This document shows positions 39,257 through 52,112 of a stretch of 64,000 nucleotides of DNA, piece after piece. How positions within the stretch are numbered: position 1 is the first letter of the stretch; every line of letters begins with the position of its first letter. The notes beneath the pieces were generated by a model, which saw only the letters and a list, made by a program, of their open reading frames with translations, was not told the DNA's origin and searched no databases. The DNA is taken from NCBI RefSeq assembly GCF_001194135.2, contig NC_068981.1, forward strand, positions 88,927,680 to 88,991,679, written 5' to 3'. The stretch comes from Octopus bimaculoides. Taxonomy: Eukaryota. The position numbers and the translations under genes are program-made.

Positions 39257-41426
39257 TGTGTGTTCGTATGTGTGTGTTGTGTGTGTATACAGATATATGT
39301 TATGGAGTACTATATCTAGAACACCTATTAGCAAGACGATAATATATTCGAAAGTCATTAGGATAAACAACTGTCAGTTAATCACGATTTCTACTAAAGA
39401 AAAAATGTAGTACGAAGTAAATTAACTGACTTGGTGATCAATCGATATTCGTTATCTGATAGTTGGCAAAAATGGCACACAACTAGCTGTCTGAAAGTAT
39501 GCGATTGCTACCTTCTATGATCGCTTTTCGAATTCTTGGGGGATTAATTTCAGCCTTCCAAGTTTCGTAACATAACTACTGGATTGATTCGATCAACTAG
39601 AGTCCCACCCCTCCAGTAAATGGGTCTAATGCATATATAAGAAATCAATATTTCACTTATCTCTGTGTCCAGCATTGTAGATACAAAACTAATCAATCTC
39701 ACAGTAAGCTCAGACCACATCCAACTTTCTATCATGGTTTGAAATCATTTCTTTTCATTTCAGTCTCTAGAGATCACTGGGAAATTTAGCACGTTTACAA
39801 TATCTGTTTTTAACTAATTGACTAAAGGTACATGGCCTTTATCGGCGTCAAAAAGTAATATTTTAACTATCCCAGGTGATAAATAAAAGCCAACTGTTCG
39901 ACGATTTATAATGAAACGTTAATGAGTAATCTAATTATGGCACTAATGCAGTTTCCAGAGGCGTTAATGACACAAATGCTGTAAAAGTGATATGACCTGG
40001 TATTGAAGTTAGTTGGTGCTTGCTCACCTTATCGCTTGCAACATTCACAGTATGGAAATCATTAACGTAAATTTCCATTCGCCAATACGAGAGATTTTAA
40101 TGTTCATTTTCTCGAACATGCAAAGCATTGATTTAGTTTCATGAAATAAAATGCTTCCCAATTTGAAGGGGGAAACTGGATACAACTAGTTAAAAAGTAT
40201 TGTAGTACTGAAGCTGATACCATCGGCTACGAGGTTATGTAAGACAACGAAAAACGGAAATTCTATTATAATCAGGGTGAAAATTAAGTACATTACGACA
40301 GTTTGTCTTATACTCTACTTTCTGCACTATTTCCAGTGATCTTCATTAAACTAATTTATTCTGAATACTGTTGAAACCAAGTGATCGAATACAATTAAAT
40401 GTTGATGTAATTAATTAAGTACACTAAAAATCTTAATGAATAGAAATTTGCCTCTTACTTGGAGAAAGAAGATAAAAAATAACTGAAGATAACCAATGAT
40501 GAGGCTTCTCTACTAACAAAAATGAAATTTGTCTTCCTAAGCATGAAAATTCAATTTTCTGTGGAGTCAATTTTTAATTTCTTGAAATTATCTCCTCTTT
40601 CTTTGCGAGTCACTGTCAGTTAATTTTAGCTTTTTTGTTTTCTTTTTCTCAACTAGAGGCAAATTATACTTCATTAGGATTTTCAGTGTATTTTATTTAG
40701 TGCATCAACACTTACCTGAACTATATCAATTCAGCCATTGCTCAACTTGACTTCTCATGAGATTATGTTCCGTAATTATCGAAACTGAAATCAAAATATA
40801 TTTTAATTCTAACTGTCCATGTTCTCTGAACACATCAAACTTAAGAAATTTATGTTTGGCTGATAATGCTTAGTCAATCAAAGCCATGTCTGTAACTTTG
40901 TCTGCTGACATATGAAGATTTCTCCATCATATACGAAAGTTCTTTTTTCTGTAAAATTGATTCTTAATTTCTTGAAATTATCTCTCCTTTTCTTTGAAAT
41001 TCACAAACAATTACCGTTAGGTATGTGTTTTCTTCCTCCAAATATAAAGCAGATTTCAATTCATTAATTACATTAATGTCAATACGTACTTAATGACAAG
41101 CGTCATTAAGAACAACACCACTTACCCGAATTAAATCCATGTCATTGACCTACCTGAATTATTTCCCTCACCTCAATTTCTGTAATTATAGGATACAATT
41201 ACTTAAGTTCCACAAAATCATCCACACATTGCACTAAATTGATCCCATTACTAATAGAGTTTGTTTTTCACCACAGGTACTATTTTACCTTACTTTTCAA
41301 TACTCTAAACGTTGAATTTGATCGCATCCGATTGTTTATATAAAATGCTACATACTTCTATCTTCCTCTCCAAATAACTGGATGGCATTTGTATAATCTA
41401 ACTATATAGTTCAGTGGATGAAACAC

Positions 41427-41615
41427 ATAAATAAATAAATTTTCGGACGTTTGGAAGCTGCACGTACGCTAACTATAGCAGTATCTGGCAATGCAGGCCT
41501 CCCTCAGACCCAGACATCCACTGCTTGTCACTGTCTTTCACTCAGTCGCTTTCAAGCATCTGTTGCGTTTGAATGAAAATAGTGTTGAAAAATATAAATC
41601 GACATACGACCAGAT
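41427..41615 (+). repeat. Identical 189-bp copy of the MITE interior next to a gap
   Basis: Base-identical by eye to 42031-42219; ends at the N-run. Confidence 0.85.
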
Positions 41616-41922
41616 NNNNNNNNNNNNNNNNNNNNNNNNNNNNNNNNNNNNNNNNNNNNNNNNNNNNNNNNNNNNNNNNNNNNNNNNNNNNNNNNNNNNN
41701 NNNNNNNNNNNNNNNNNNNNNNNNNNNNNNNNNNNNNNNNNNNNNNNNNNNNNNNNNNNNNNNNNNNNNNNNNNNNNNNNNNNNNNNNNNNNNNNNNNNN
41801 NNNNNNNNNNNNNNNNNNNNNNNNNNNNNNNNNNNNNNNNNNNNNNNNNNNNNNNNNNNNNNNNNNNNNNNNNNNNNNNNNNNNNNNNNNNNNNNNNNNN
41901 NNNNNNNNNNNNNNNNNNNNNN

Positions 41923-41972
<50 letters not shown>

Positions 41973-42274
41973 CACCTTCTCCTCGACTTACAAATTATGC
42001 GACTTACGACCACCCGCACTTACGGCCAAAATAAATAAATAAATTTTCGGACGTTTGGAAGCTGCACGTACGCTAACTATAGCAGTATCTGGCAATGCAG
42101 GCCTCCCTCAGACCCAGACATCCACTGCTTGTCACTGTCTTTCACTCAGTCGCTTTCAAGCATCTGTTGCGTTTGAATGAAAATAGTGTTGAAAAATATA
42201 AATCGACATACGACCAGATCGACTTACGACCAGTCAGTCGAAACAGAACTCGGTCCTAAGTCGCGGATAAGGTG
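41973..42274. mobile_element. pogo/Tigger-like MITE with TA target duplication
   Basis: TA|caccttctcctcgactta ... taagtcgcggataaggtg|TA imperfect TIRs; internal (c)gacttacgacc repeats. Confidence 0.85.
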
Positions 42275-42936
42275 TATATGATTATTTCGTTGATAGACTT
42301 AAATATAATCAATGGTTCGTAGTGGATAATCTTATAATACGTTAACTCTTTTGATTAAAAATATGAAATAACAGCAATTGCTCTCGCGCGCTTGTTAAAT
42401 ATATTATAGTAGCATATATTTCTAAAATTATTTTACAGTTCTGACGAAGCTGATAATTTCCCAAACCGGTGTGGTCCATAACGTGAGTATTAATTGCATT
42501 TGCTTCATTTTATTTTTAGCAATAAGCCAAAAAAAAAGACGTGCCTGTACTTTTTGAAGCCTGACGGGATTAAATCATGAATTATAAACTCTTCTGCTTA
42601 GAGATAGAAAAGTATATGCAATTGATTAGAATTCTCAAGTAGCATATGTTGACTGTCGTTATTTTAAAATGTATTTTGTATCACTATTTGTAAATAATTG
42701 GCTCCTTGGTTACATTTCTCCAAAGAGGTATTACATTTACTGTGGCAAGATGACAAAGATGCGTCTGTGGCCGAACAAATATAGTATATATCCGAACGAA
42801 TTTGGTTTGTCGTTTCTAACAAAAGTTGGTTATATGCACACATAAATATATACATATAAAACGACCACAGTCACGACGACGACGATGACAATCACCACCA
42901 CCACCACCATCACCACAAACATCATCATAATCATCG

Positions 42937-42981
<45 letters not shown>

Positions 42982-43046
42982 GCGTTATCTTTTTCCTTTA
43001 ACACGCTTACAATAATAATATTATTAGTAATGATAATAATGATAAT

Positions 43047-43344
43047 GGACTCTCCCATCGTTTACGACGTATGAGCGTTCAGCTTTTTGCCGAATGACCT
43101 GTACAGATGATTTCTATATAGTGATCAAATGTTCGTGCCGCACATTAGCCCACTCTTTCCATCAAATCGACCTTGCTTGACCAAGTACACGACGTTCCAC
43201 GGGTCAAGTGTCAAGGTGATCACAGAGCAACGTGAAATGAAGTGTTTTTACTCAAGAACACAACACACTACTCGGCTTAGGAATTGAGATCACGATCTAG
43301 CGATTGTGAGTGCAACACCTAACCACTAGTTCACACACCCTCAC
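43047..43344 (-). mobile_element. SINE family E (head related to family C, different body)
   Basis: Reverse strand: gaactagtggttaggtg..gatctcaattcc..gttgtgttcttgagtaaaaacacttcatttcacgttgctc, then a distinct body ending tcatacgtcgtaaacgatgggagagtcc plus (ATT)n. Confidence 0.8.
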
Positions 43345-43389
43345 AATAACAACAAAAACAACAACAACAACAACAACAATAATAATAAT

Positions 43390-43847
43390 GGAATGAGCGG
43401 CTGGACGTGTTCTTCGCTGCTCTGACCTGTCAACAGCTGATAACACAGAACATTAATACAACCCAGCAGAACAACTGAAAAATAACTCTAAAAGACTGGA
43501 ATATCTACAGTTTCCTGTGAGTATTTTGAATTTCCCTCAAAATAAGTTAAGAATCTTAGATATCTACAGTTTTCGAACACATAAACGATCAGCTTTAAAA
43601 CCTTTAATATCTACAAATTCTGTGAATACCTATCCTTTCCTTTCTCCCTGAGAATACGAAAATGTAAACATCCTCTTTATTCTAAGAACACTACAGTTTT
43701 CTCTGTTTGGACAGACAAAAGATCATCTCCAGTAAATTTTAAAACTCCGGAAAGAGCTCGAAAAATAAGAGGTGTTACCTTAGTTCACTGGTAGTGAACA
43801 ACTAACACCGTATTACATCTCTAGCGTTAGAAGCTGTGCAAAAGCAA
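43390..43847 (+). mobile_element. Short non-autonomous derivative of the R4/Dong element (5' module joined to 3' end)
   Basis: 43397-43724 aligns to 5995-6319; 43741-43847 aligns to 7881-7990; flanked by (CAA/TAA)n. Confidence 0.9.
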
Positions 43848-43948
43848 TGATAATAATCATAATAATAATAATAATCATAATAATAATAATAAATAAATAA
43901 GTATATGAGTAGAAACCTTACCCGTGAGTGTGTTAAATAAGACACTAA

Positions 43949-44010
<62 letters not shown>

Positions 44011-44015
<5 letters not shown>

Positions 44016-45285
44016 CTGAAAAACTCTGAGGACTGGATGCTAAAACTTGTCTTAAAATATGAAAGCAAGAAAGCATCTTACTCAGTAACAAAACAGGCAA
44101 AGGAATATCTAAGTGAATTCCAATTGCAACAAATTCAAGAATTAGACGAACTAGAAACACCTGCAGAAAAAGCTAAGCGCTTGAAAACCCGTGATAAAAT
44201 TGCTGCCTTAGCTATTATNNNNNNNNNNNNNNNNNNNNNNNNNNNNNNNNNNNNNNNNNNNNNNNNNNNNNNNNNNNNNNNNNNNNNNNNNNNNNNNNNN
44301 NNNNNNNNNNNNNNNNNNNNNNNNNNNNNNNNNNNNNNNNNNNNNNNNNNNNNNNNNNNNNNNNNNNNNNNNNNNNNNNNNNNNNNNNNNNNNNNNNNNN
44401 NNNNNNNNNNNNNNNNNNNNNNNNNNNNNNNNNNNNNNNNNNNNNNNNNNNNNNNNNNNNNNNNNNNNNNNNNNNNNNNNNNNNNNNNNNNNNNNNNNNN
44501 NNNNNNNNNNNNNNNNNNNNNNNNNNNNNNNNNNNNNNNNNNNNNNNNNNNNNNNNNNNNNNNNNNNNNNNNNNNNNNNNNNNNNNNNNNNNNNNNNNNN
44601 NNNNNNNNNNNNNNNNNNNNNNNNNNNNNNNNNNNNNNNNNNNNNNNNNNNNNNNNNNNNNNNNNNNNNNNNNNNNNNNNNNNNNNNNNNNNNNNNNNNN
44701 NNNNNNNNNNNNNNNNNNNNNNNNNNNNNNNNNNNNNNNNNNNNNNNNNNNNNNNNNNNNNNNNNNNNNNNNNNNNNNNNNNNNNNNNNNNNNNNNNNNN
44801 NNNNNNNNNNNNNNNNNNNNNNNNNNNNNNNNNNNNNNNNNNNNNNNNNNNNNNNNNNNNNNNNNNNNNNNNNNNNNNNNNNNNNNNNNNNNNNNNNNNN
44901 NNNNNNNNNNNNNNNNNNNNNNNNNNNNNNNNNNNNNNNNNNNNNNNNNNNNNNNNNNNNNNNNNNNNNNNNNNNNNNNNNNNNNNNNNNNNNNNNNNNN
45001 NNNNNNNNNNNNNNNNNNNNNNNNNNNNNNNNNNNNNNNNNNNNNNNNCATGGGAACTGCACATATCCCTACGTAAAATACTGTCTATGTGATCTCAAAT
45101 TTTAAAGCAAACACATAATTTTCTTATGGTTTCTTAAACATTCACTTGAACAAAACTGTACAAATCCAAATATATGGTACCCTAGGCATAACACCTACAT
45201 GAACTTCTAACTTGTTGTCTCTTGAGGTCTCTGGGTGAGACTTGGATCCAACTTGTACAAATGCAAAACAAAAGTCAAACATAAA
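44011..45285 (+). mobile_element. 5'-truncated R4/Dong LINE (second family), spanning a gap
   Basis: Starts at (TAA)n; SEDWMLKLVLKYESKKASYSVTKQAKEYL.. before the gap; MGTAHI/LRKILSM* after it, then 3' UTR and (TAA)n. Confidence 0.8.
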
Positions 45286-45379
45286 ATAATAATAATAATA
45301 ATGATAATAATAATACAACAATTCATAAAATTGGAAATTGGAAGAGTTTAGAATGTGAAAAGTGTAAAAGATGTACTCA

Positions 45380-45625
45380 TGATAATTGGTGCACTGGTAA
45401 AGATATATACAAACGGTTGAAGGTAGTTGGAATAAGATGTCCTGTAGAGCTTCTGCAGACATTTTGCCTCTTAGGGACAGGAAGGATTATCAGGAGGGTT
45501 CTAAACGCTTGAAAGATTATTGAAAGCTATTGGATACCTTAGATTACAGTAGTAACCTGCCACGCACATAAGTCCTGCCAGGAATAAGACCGAACTTGTG
45601 TCAAATAAAAAAAATAATAATACGA
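45380..45625 (+). mobile_element. R4/Dong LINE 3' fragment (third family)
   Basis: IIGAL..LKVVGIRCPVELLQTFCLLGTGRIIRRVLNA* (stop 45510-45512), 3' UTR, (TAA)n. Confidence 0.8.
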
Positions 45626-45689
45626 ATAATGACTAAATAATACGTTTATGAATTTGTGTTGCCAAATTCTTGATGTGAAAAAAAAAAGT

Positions 45690-46260
45690 GACCATCCCGA
45701 AATACAGCAGTAACTAAATTTAAATGGACGGAATCAAGTAGTGAACTATTAACAAATCGGCATTCTGGTTATAGAAACATGTTTGTAAGTATGCAAGAAT
45801 ACACAGATTAGTAGAATTAGGCAGCATTAAAAAGAAGACTGAAAAACATTTTAAAATCACATAATGGAATTCAAATTTTAAGTACTTTAAGGCTTTAAAT
45901 AAAGAGAAAACGTTAAAAACGCGTAAAGAAAGATAATACATTTCATCAAAATGGAACTTGAAATCATGGAAAATGGAAACGTAAAAAATAAAACTCGCGA
46001 TGTTCCGATTCCACATAGAGTAAATGTGCTAATATGAAATTCAGCAATGGCTGAATGCCCCTAGACTAAAGGCAGAAACGGAAGGTATGAAGTTAGCTGT
46101 TTGAGATCAATATTTAACGACAGCATCTATCAAAATATGATTACAAAACAAGAGTCTAACATCAACTGCGGTCTGCGCAGCCAATGTAAGCAAACAATAG
46201 ACTACTCTATTTCCGGCTTCCCAGTCTTCACCAAGCTAGAACATATCCACAAATCATAAT
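45690..46260 (+). mobile_element. Old degenerate R4/Dong LINE fragment
   Basis: LNGRNQV and QQWLNAPRLKAETEGMKLAV*DQYLTT, plus a remnant CxxC knuckle region. Confidence 0.7.
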
Positions 46261-48715
46261 AATTCAATAACACAAGTCACACAACACATATTTTGCACAA
46301 TCACAGCTGAATAATACAAAAGGAACACAAGTAATAATAACACAACGTGAAACCAGATCAATCCTCACAGCATAACAAAATGAAACATGATGATGATAAT
46401 GATGATGATGATGATTTTGATGATAACAATAATAATAATGATAATGATGATGATGATGATGATGATGATGATAAAAATAACAAATATAAGAAAAGACAAC
46501 AATAGCAATAAAACTAATAATAGCAAGAAAAAAAAAAGAAAAACAACACCAACGATAATAATAAATCCAGCTTGAATAGGTCGGTAGCAAAACTGCTCTA
46601 TATACGTCTGGCAGACCATTTCCAGCGTCTTCGAAAAACAGCTGAATGACATTCATATGAAATTTATATAAACTCCTTAGAAAGTGAGAATGCTAGAACA
46701 GAGTGGAAATTTACCACACAGAAATGCCACCAGGTTTCAGTTTCCATGAAAAAATGAGAACAGTGCACGAATTACAGATATAGTAATACTAAAAGGCGAT
46801 AATGGTGGATAGAAGTGAACGGAAACTGTTTCATCGACTTGCTTGTTAAATTGTGTATACGTACATACATACATACATACATACATACATACATACATAC
46901 ACACACAAACACACACACATATATATACTTAAGAAAGTTCATATCATTACAACTAAAACTGGTACAATTAAAACGATACAACATCGCCTCTTCAAAAGCT
47001 TTGGCAAATTAGGTATCAGTAGATTAAAAGGACACTCGGGATAAACGTAATACTAAGAGCAAATAACTTTCTAAGAGTATTTTCGCATACCATTCGTTGA
47101 CCTTGAACGTTTTATGCATGATTTTTGAGATGTATTTTATTCTTTTTTTTAAAAAAAAAACTTTTAATATATTTCTAAAAGCATGTCTTATAAAGACCAG
47201 TTACGTCTATGGAAAATCTCACTGTTGTCTTATAATTGTATGCATGCTGGAAATTTATAGAGTGCTATGAAATATATATATATAGTATTTAAAAAAAAAA
47301 AACATGTTCTTCCTTAATCATTCTATACTTAAGATTTGTAAAGTTCATTAATGTAGTTCTGAATGTGCCGTCGTAGGTGAGAAAATCTTTTCAAACTATA
47401 TTCTTTTTATGTACATTTCACCTCTCCTACTTAAAGACAACAATCCTAAATATGGGACAAAATGGAAGACGTTATGTATCCGTATTATCTGGACTTTATC
47501 TACCTGCTACGGTACGACTATGTTTGTGAAGTTTTAAAACTGTTGTTGCACTTTAATATCTCTTTATATTCGTATTAGAGAAAAGTGCCTATAGCTGGCT
47601 TGAACCCTCAGTCCTTGTGAAAGAAGCATTGTAGTCGCACTACTAATCTCTGGATATATCACTTACTTTATAATATTTATTTATCACACAATTGTCTTTA
47701 AAAAAATATTGATAATATAAATTTTGCATGTATTGTATCTGTGATTTAGTTCCATATTATCAGACAATTGTCGTACAACTAATAAAAATAAATTATAAAA
47801 ACATTCGTATACTAAGTTATAATTTCGATTTCGTGTCATAGTTAATGCGTTACACATATAAACCGCAGTAAAATAATATTATGAATAAAAATAAAAATAA
47901 ATCATTCGGCAAATTTAGAAATGAAAGTTAACTTTTATAATGCCTATCGTACATCATTGAAACATGAAAAATTTACATGTCTTTGTAGCCGATGATCGGT
48001 CCTCTTTGTTGTATTACGGTAAAATATCCTCATTCTCTCATTCTCTTTACTTTATTTTCTTATCTGACCGAAGAATTACCATAACTTTTTTCTTCTTTAT
48101 CTAGTCACTTGACGATCAAACTCCCCTCTTTATTGCCATTTTTATTTAGTTAACGATAAAACCACTCTAACCCAGACCAATTCATCTTAACTAACGACAG
48201 AACTAACCAAACCAGTCTTCACTATGTCATCTACAGATAAAATTACCACCATTTGCTCCTTGATTTAAAGTTCGTTATGCACTTACTTTCCTGCTTCCAA
48301 TAAATTCAGTATCTCTGAAATTTACTGGAAATAATTTTCGTTTTTGAATTTAGTAGTTTTTCTTCAAATACTATCTTGCTGAATAATCATCACGTGTACA
48401 CCACGACATATAACGCTATCGTCTTCATAAAATTTTTGCCAAAATATTCTGCTCACATTTGCTTTTCTTTTTATTTTCTAACTCTGTTTGCAACTGATAA
48501 GTCGGTTGAATGACATTTCGTTTTCTGGTGCTTTTGTGCAATGATATTTGGATCACTTCAATCTTCTTGTTCGTGTGAGTTCAATAATACAAGAGTATGA
48601 TCACTTTGCGAATCTCTTAAGCGTTCTATAATATGTGATTGCAACACCTATTTCCAGTTTGTATTCCATAATGTTGGGTTCCATCGCGTATATTCTTCTT
48701 TTCTGCTAAAACAGG

Positions 48716-48770
<55 letters not shown>

Positions 48771-48789
48771 GTCGTCGTCGTCGTCGTCG

Positions 48790-48822
<33 letters not shown>

Positions 48823-48823
48823 A

Positions 48824-48863
<40 letters not shown>

Positions 48864-48864
48864 G

Positions 48865-48901
<37 letters not shown>

Positions 48902-49084
48902 TCTGGTCATTCTCCTAATCACCAACATTGTGGACGCTTTTGCCTTATTCATCGTCATCGCCGCTGCTTTCATTATCGTCAATATCATCTGTTACCCTTG
49001 TGGCAAATAAAATGTTCATTATTGCTATTTTTGATAAAATCATCATCATCATCATCATCATTATTATCATTATTATTATTATTA

Positions 49085-49335
49085 TAGACATTGTACAGTA
49101 TACAATATCGTAAAGTTGTTGACTGAAGATATTGTGTCTACCGGGGGTTTGTATTGTTTGTCAAGTCACAACAAGGACCTCAGACAGACAGTACTTTACA
49201 CAATATGCGTGCAGTTCCATGTGATGCTGACTTAGCAACACACCTAGATTGTAGAGTGTTTCTAAAGTTTTCAGATGATTTTTCAGATTGGGTGGTATTG
49301 AAGCTACTGCTCTGTTGATAATTGGGATTATTATT
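49085..49335 (-). mobile_element. R4/Dong LINE 3' fragment (fourth family)
   Basis: IIPII..ASIPPNLKNHLKTLE..GTARILCKVLSV*, between (TAA)n tracts. Confidence 0.75.
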
Positions 49336-49344
49336 ATTATTATT

Positions 49345-50565
49345 ATGTTTTTTTTTCTTCTTTCTTCAAATTTTCTTCCATTTCTCGCCGAATGTTTTCC
49401 GTACACCTAGGGCAGAGAAACTCGTTGTATGCATTCCTAGTTTACACACGCAAATTCACAGGTAAAACATGTATTTAAGAAAAAAAAAATCATGAATGGA
49501 TGTTGTTTTCACAGCGATAATGCTCTTCTCAGTACACGAGTCGTTCCAGTTAGCACGATTTTTTGCACTTCCTGTAGGGATGGTAAGCCTGGTATCATTT
49601 TCAAATAGGTTTCAGTACCTTTTTTTTATCATTCCTAGAGATCCTACAATCACTGGTATGGTAGTCGCCTTGAGGTGCNNNNNNNNNNNNNNNNNNNNNN
49701 NNNNNNNNNNNNNNNNNNNNNNNNNNNNNNNNNNNNNNNNNNNNNNNNNNNNNNNNNNNNNNNNNNNNNNNNNNNNNNNNNNNNNNNNNNNNNNNNNNNN
49801 NNNNNNNNNNNNNNNNNNNNNNNNNNNNNNNNNNNNNNNNNNNNNNNNNNNNNNNNNNNNNNNNNNNNNNNNNNNNNNNNNNNNNNNNNNNNNNNNNNNN
49901 NNNNNNNNNNNNNNNNNNNNNNNNNNNNNNNNNNNNNNNNNNNNNNNNNNNNNNNNNNNNNNNNNNNNNNNNNNNNNNNNNNNNNNNNNNNNNNNNNNNN
50001 NNNNNNNNNNNNNNNNNNNNNNNNNNNNNNNNNNNNNNNNNNNNNNNNNNNNNNNNNNNNNNNNNNNNNNNNNNNNNNNNNNNNNNNNNNNNNNNNNNNN
50101 NNNNNNNNNNNNNNNNNNNNNNNNNNNNNNNNNNNNNNNNNNNNNNNNNNNNNNNNNNNNNNNNNNNNNNNNNNNNNNNNNNNNNNNNNNNNNNNNNNNN
50201 NNNNNNNNNNNNNNNNNNNNNNNNNNNNNNNNNNNNNNNNNNNNAAACCTTCACTCTCTGCTTTTAGCCCTGAACTTCGTAACCACTGATGCGTGCGTTT
50301 CTGGTTGACATCAGCTTGTTTGCTACGAGCCACATACTTGCCATGCAGAGGTTTCTGTTCCCATCTGCTAGCTAATTTTTCATGTGCTTTTGTCTTTGCA
50401 ATTAATTTTATTTTCTTTGCAGCAGCAGTTGGCGCATGTCCTTCAACCTGATCAAGCTGGTTGGTATCTAAGAGTTCGGTAGTGAATTTTTTGCTCTCTT
50501 TCAGAATAGAGTGAAGTTTTTTCGGTCTTTCATGTTTCAGCATCCAATCGTTAGTTGTTTCAAGG
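49345..50565 (-). mobile_element. 5'-truncated R4/Dong LINE (fifth family), spanning a gap
   Basis: RWEQKPLHGKYV..THQWLRSSGLKAESEG before the gap; IPVIVGSLGMIKKGTE..LQEVQKIVLTGTTRVLRRALSL* after it; (TAA)n at both ends. Confidence 0.88.
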
Positions 50566-50567
50566 TA

Positions 50568-50619
<52 letters not shown>

Positions 50620-50620
<1 letters not shown>

Positions 50621-50780
50621 CTGGCGAGCTAGCAAAATCGTTAGCTTAGCGGTATTTCGCCCGTCGTTACGTTCTCTGTTCAAATTCCACTGAGGTCGAC
50701 TTTACTTGTCATCCTTTCGGACTGGTCGCCTCTCCATAAATTTCAGGACTTGTACCTTTAGTAGAAAGGATTGTTATTAT
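50620..50780 (+). mobile_element. SINE family A with internal deletion and (TTA)n tail
   Basis: ggcgagctagcaaaatcgttagc..gttcaaattccactgaggtcgac..aatttcaggacttgtacctttagtagaaaggattgttatt. Confidence 0.85.
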
Positions 50781-50797
50781 TATTATTATTATTATTA

Positions 50798-50840
<43 letters not shown>

Positions 50841-51476
50841 CTAACAACTCCACCATGGTAAATAATGACGTTATCAGCAACAAATAAGCAACCATTCCTG
50901 CATTATATAATGAATATAACATCCGATGTGAATGATGGTGATGATGATGATGATGATGATGATAATGATATTAAAGATTTGGAAGGGCGCGTATATATTG
51001 ATAAGATACGCACATATCTACACACATACGCACACACATATGCATATGCATATATATTTATGGTCATATATATATGAAATATAGATGTTTGCAATATATG
51101 TGTGTATAAATATGCATATATATATATGTATGCAAACACGCACACACACATACACCCCACACGCGCGCGCGCACATACAAATGTTTGGATGAAGACAGAA
51201 ATAGATGCTGACATGTCCTACGGGAAAAAGAATTTTGCATAAACATTAATGATTTGAAAAAAAAAATAATGATTTAAATTATTTATAAGAAGAGAAAAGC
51301 AACGACAATATATCCTATCTACAGAATCTAATATTAGAACTAACTCAGAGGGTTATTGTAAAATACGAATCGTGTGGTAACTCATTCCGTTTCAACTCAA
51401 ATTTCATATTTTTTCGATCTGACATAAAAGTATATCAGATCGTAATTATTTTCACAGTATGTTTCATTTGTACGTA

Positions 51477-51632
51477 TGATACTGTATCTGCATGCTAAGT
51501 GTATTTATGTGCAGATATGCCTTTTACGTATACATAAGTATTCGTGTGTATATATCAATGAAAATATGCATATATGCACATAAAAATGAAAATGAATGTG
51601 TTCTTAAATCACTGCATAAACACACACAGAAA

Positions 51633-51670
<38 letters not shown>
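51477..51670 (+). repeat. About 190-bp direct repeat, copy 1
   Basis: tgatactgtatctgcatgctaagtgtatttatgtgcagatatgcc.. roughly 90% similar (by eye) to 53774-53967. Confidence 0.9.
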
Positions 51671-51672
<2 letters not shown>

Positions 51673-51884
51673 TCCATATATATATATATATATATATANN
51701 NNNNNNNNNNNNNNNNNNNNNNNNNNNNNNNNNNNNNNNNNNNNNNNNNNNNNNNNNNNNNNNNNNNNNNNNNNNNNNNNNNNNNNNNNNNNNNNNNNNN
51801 NNNNNNNNNNNNNNNNNNNNNNNNNNNNNNNNNNNNNNNNNNNNNNNNNNNNNNNNNNNNNNNNNNNNNNNNNNNNNNNNNNNN

Positions 51885-51936
<52 letters not shown>

Positions 51937-52112
51937 TTCCTTGTATACTTCATAAGTTATGTACATTGAGTGAAAGATATATTCAAGGCTACATTGAAAT
52001 ATAGCGATATTCTATATGTTAATCTACATTACCGCACCGACGTTTATAACAATGGAAAGAACATGACAATTGCAACACGTATATAAATAGCATATGTAAG
52101 AAAACATTATCA

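Noticed and set aside
42438-42475. ctgacgaagctgataatttcccaaaccggt, a possible fourth hammerhead (similar weak case near 3435-3470)
   Set aside because: GAAA is replaced by CAAA/TAAA, stem II is poor and stem I is absent; too degenerate to call.
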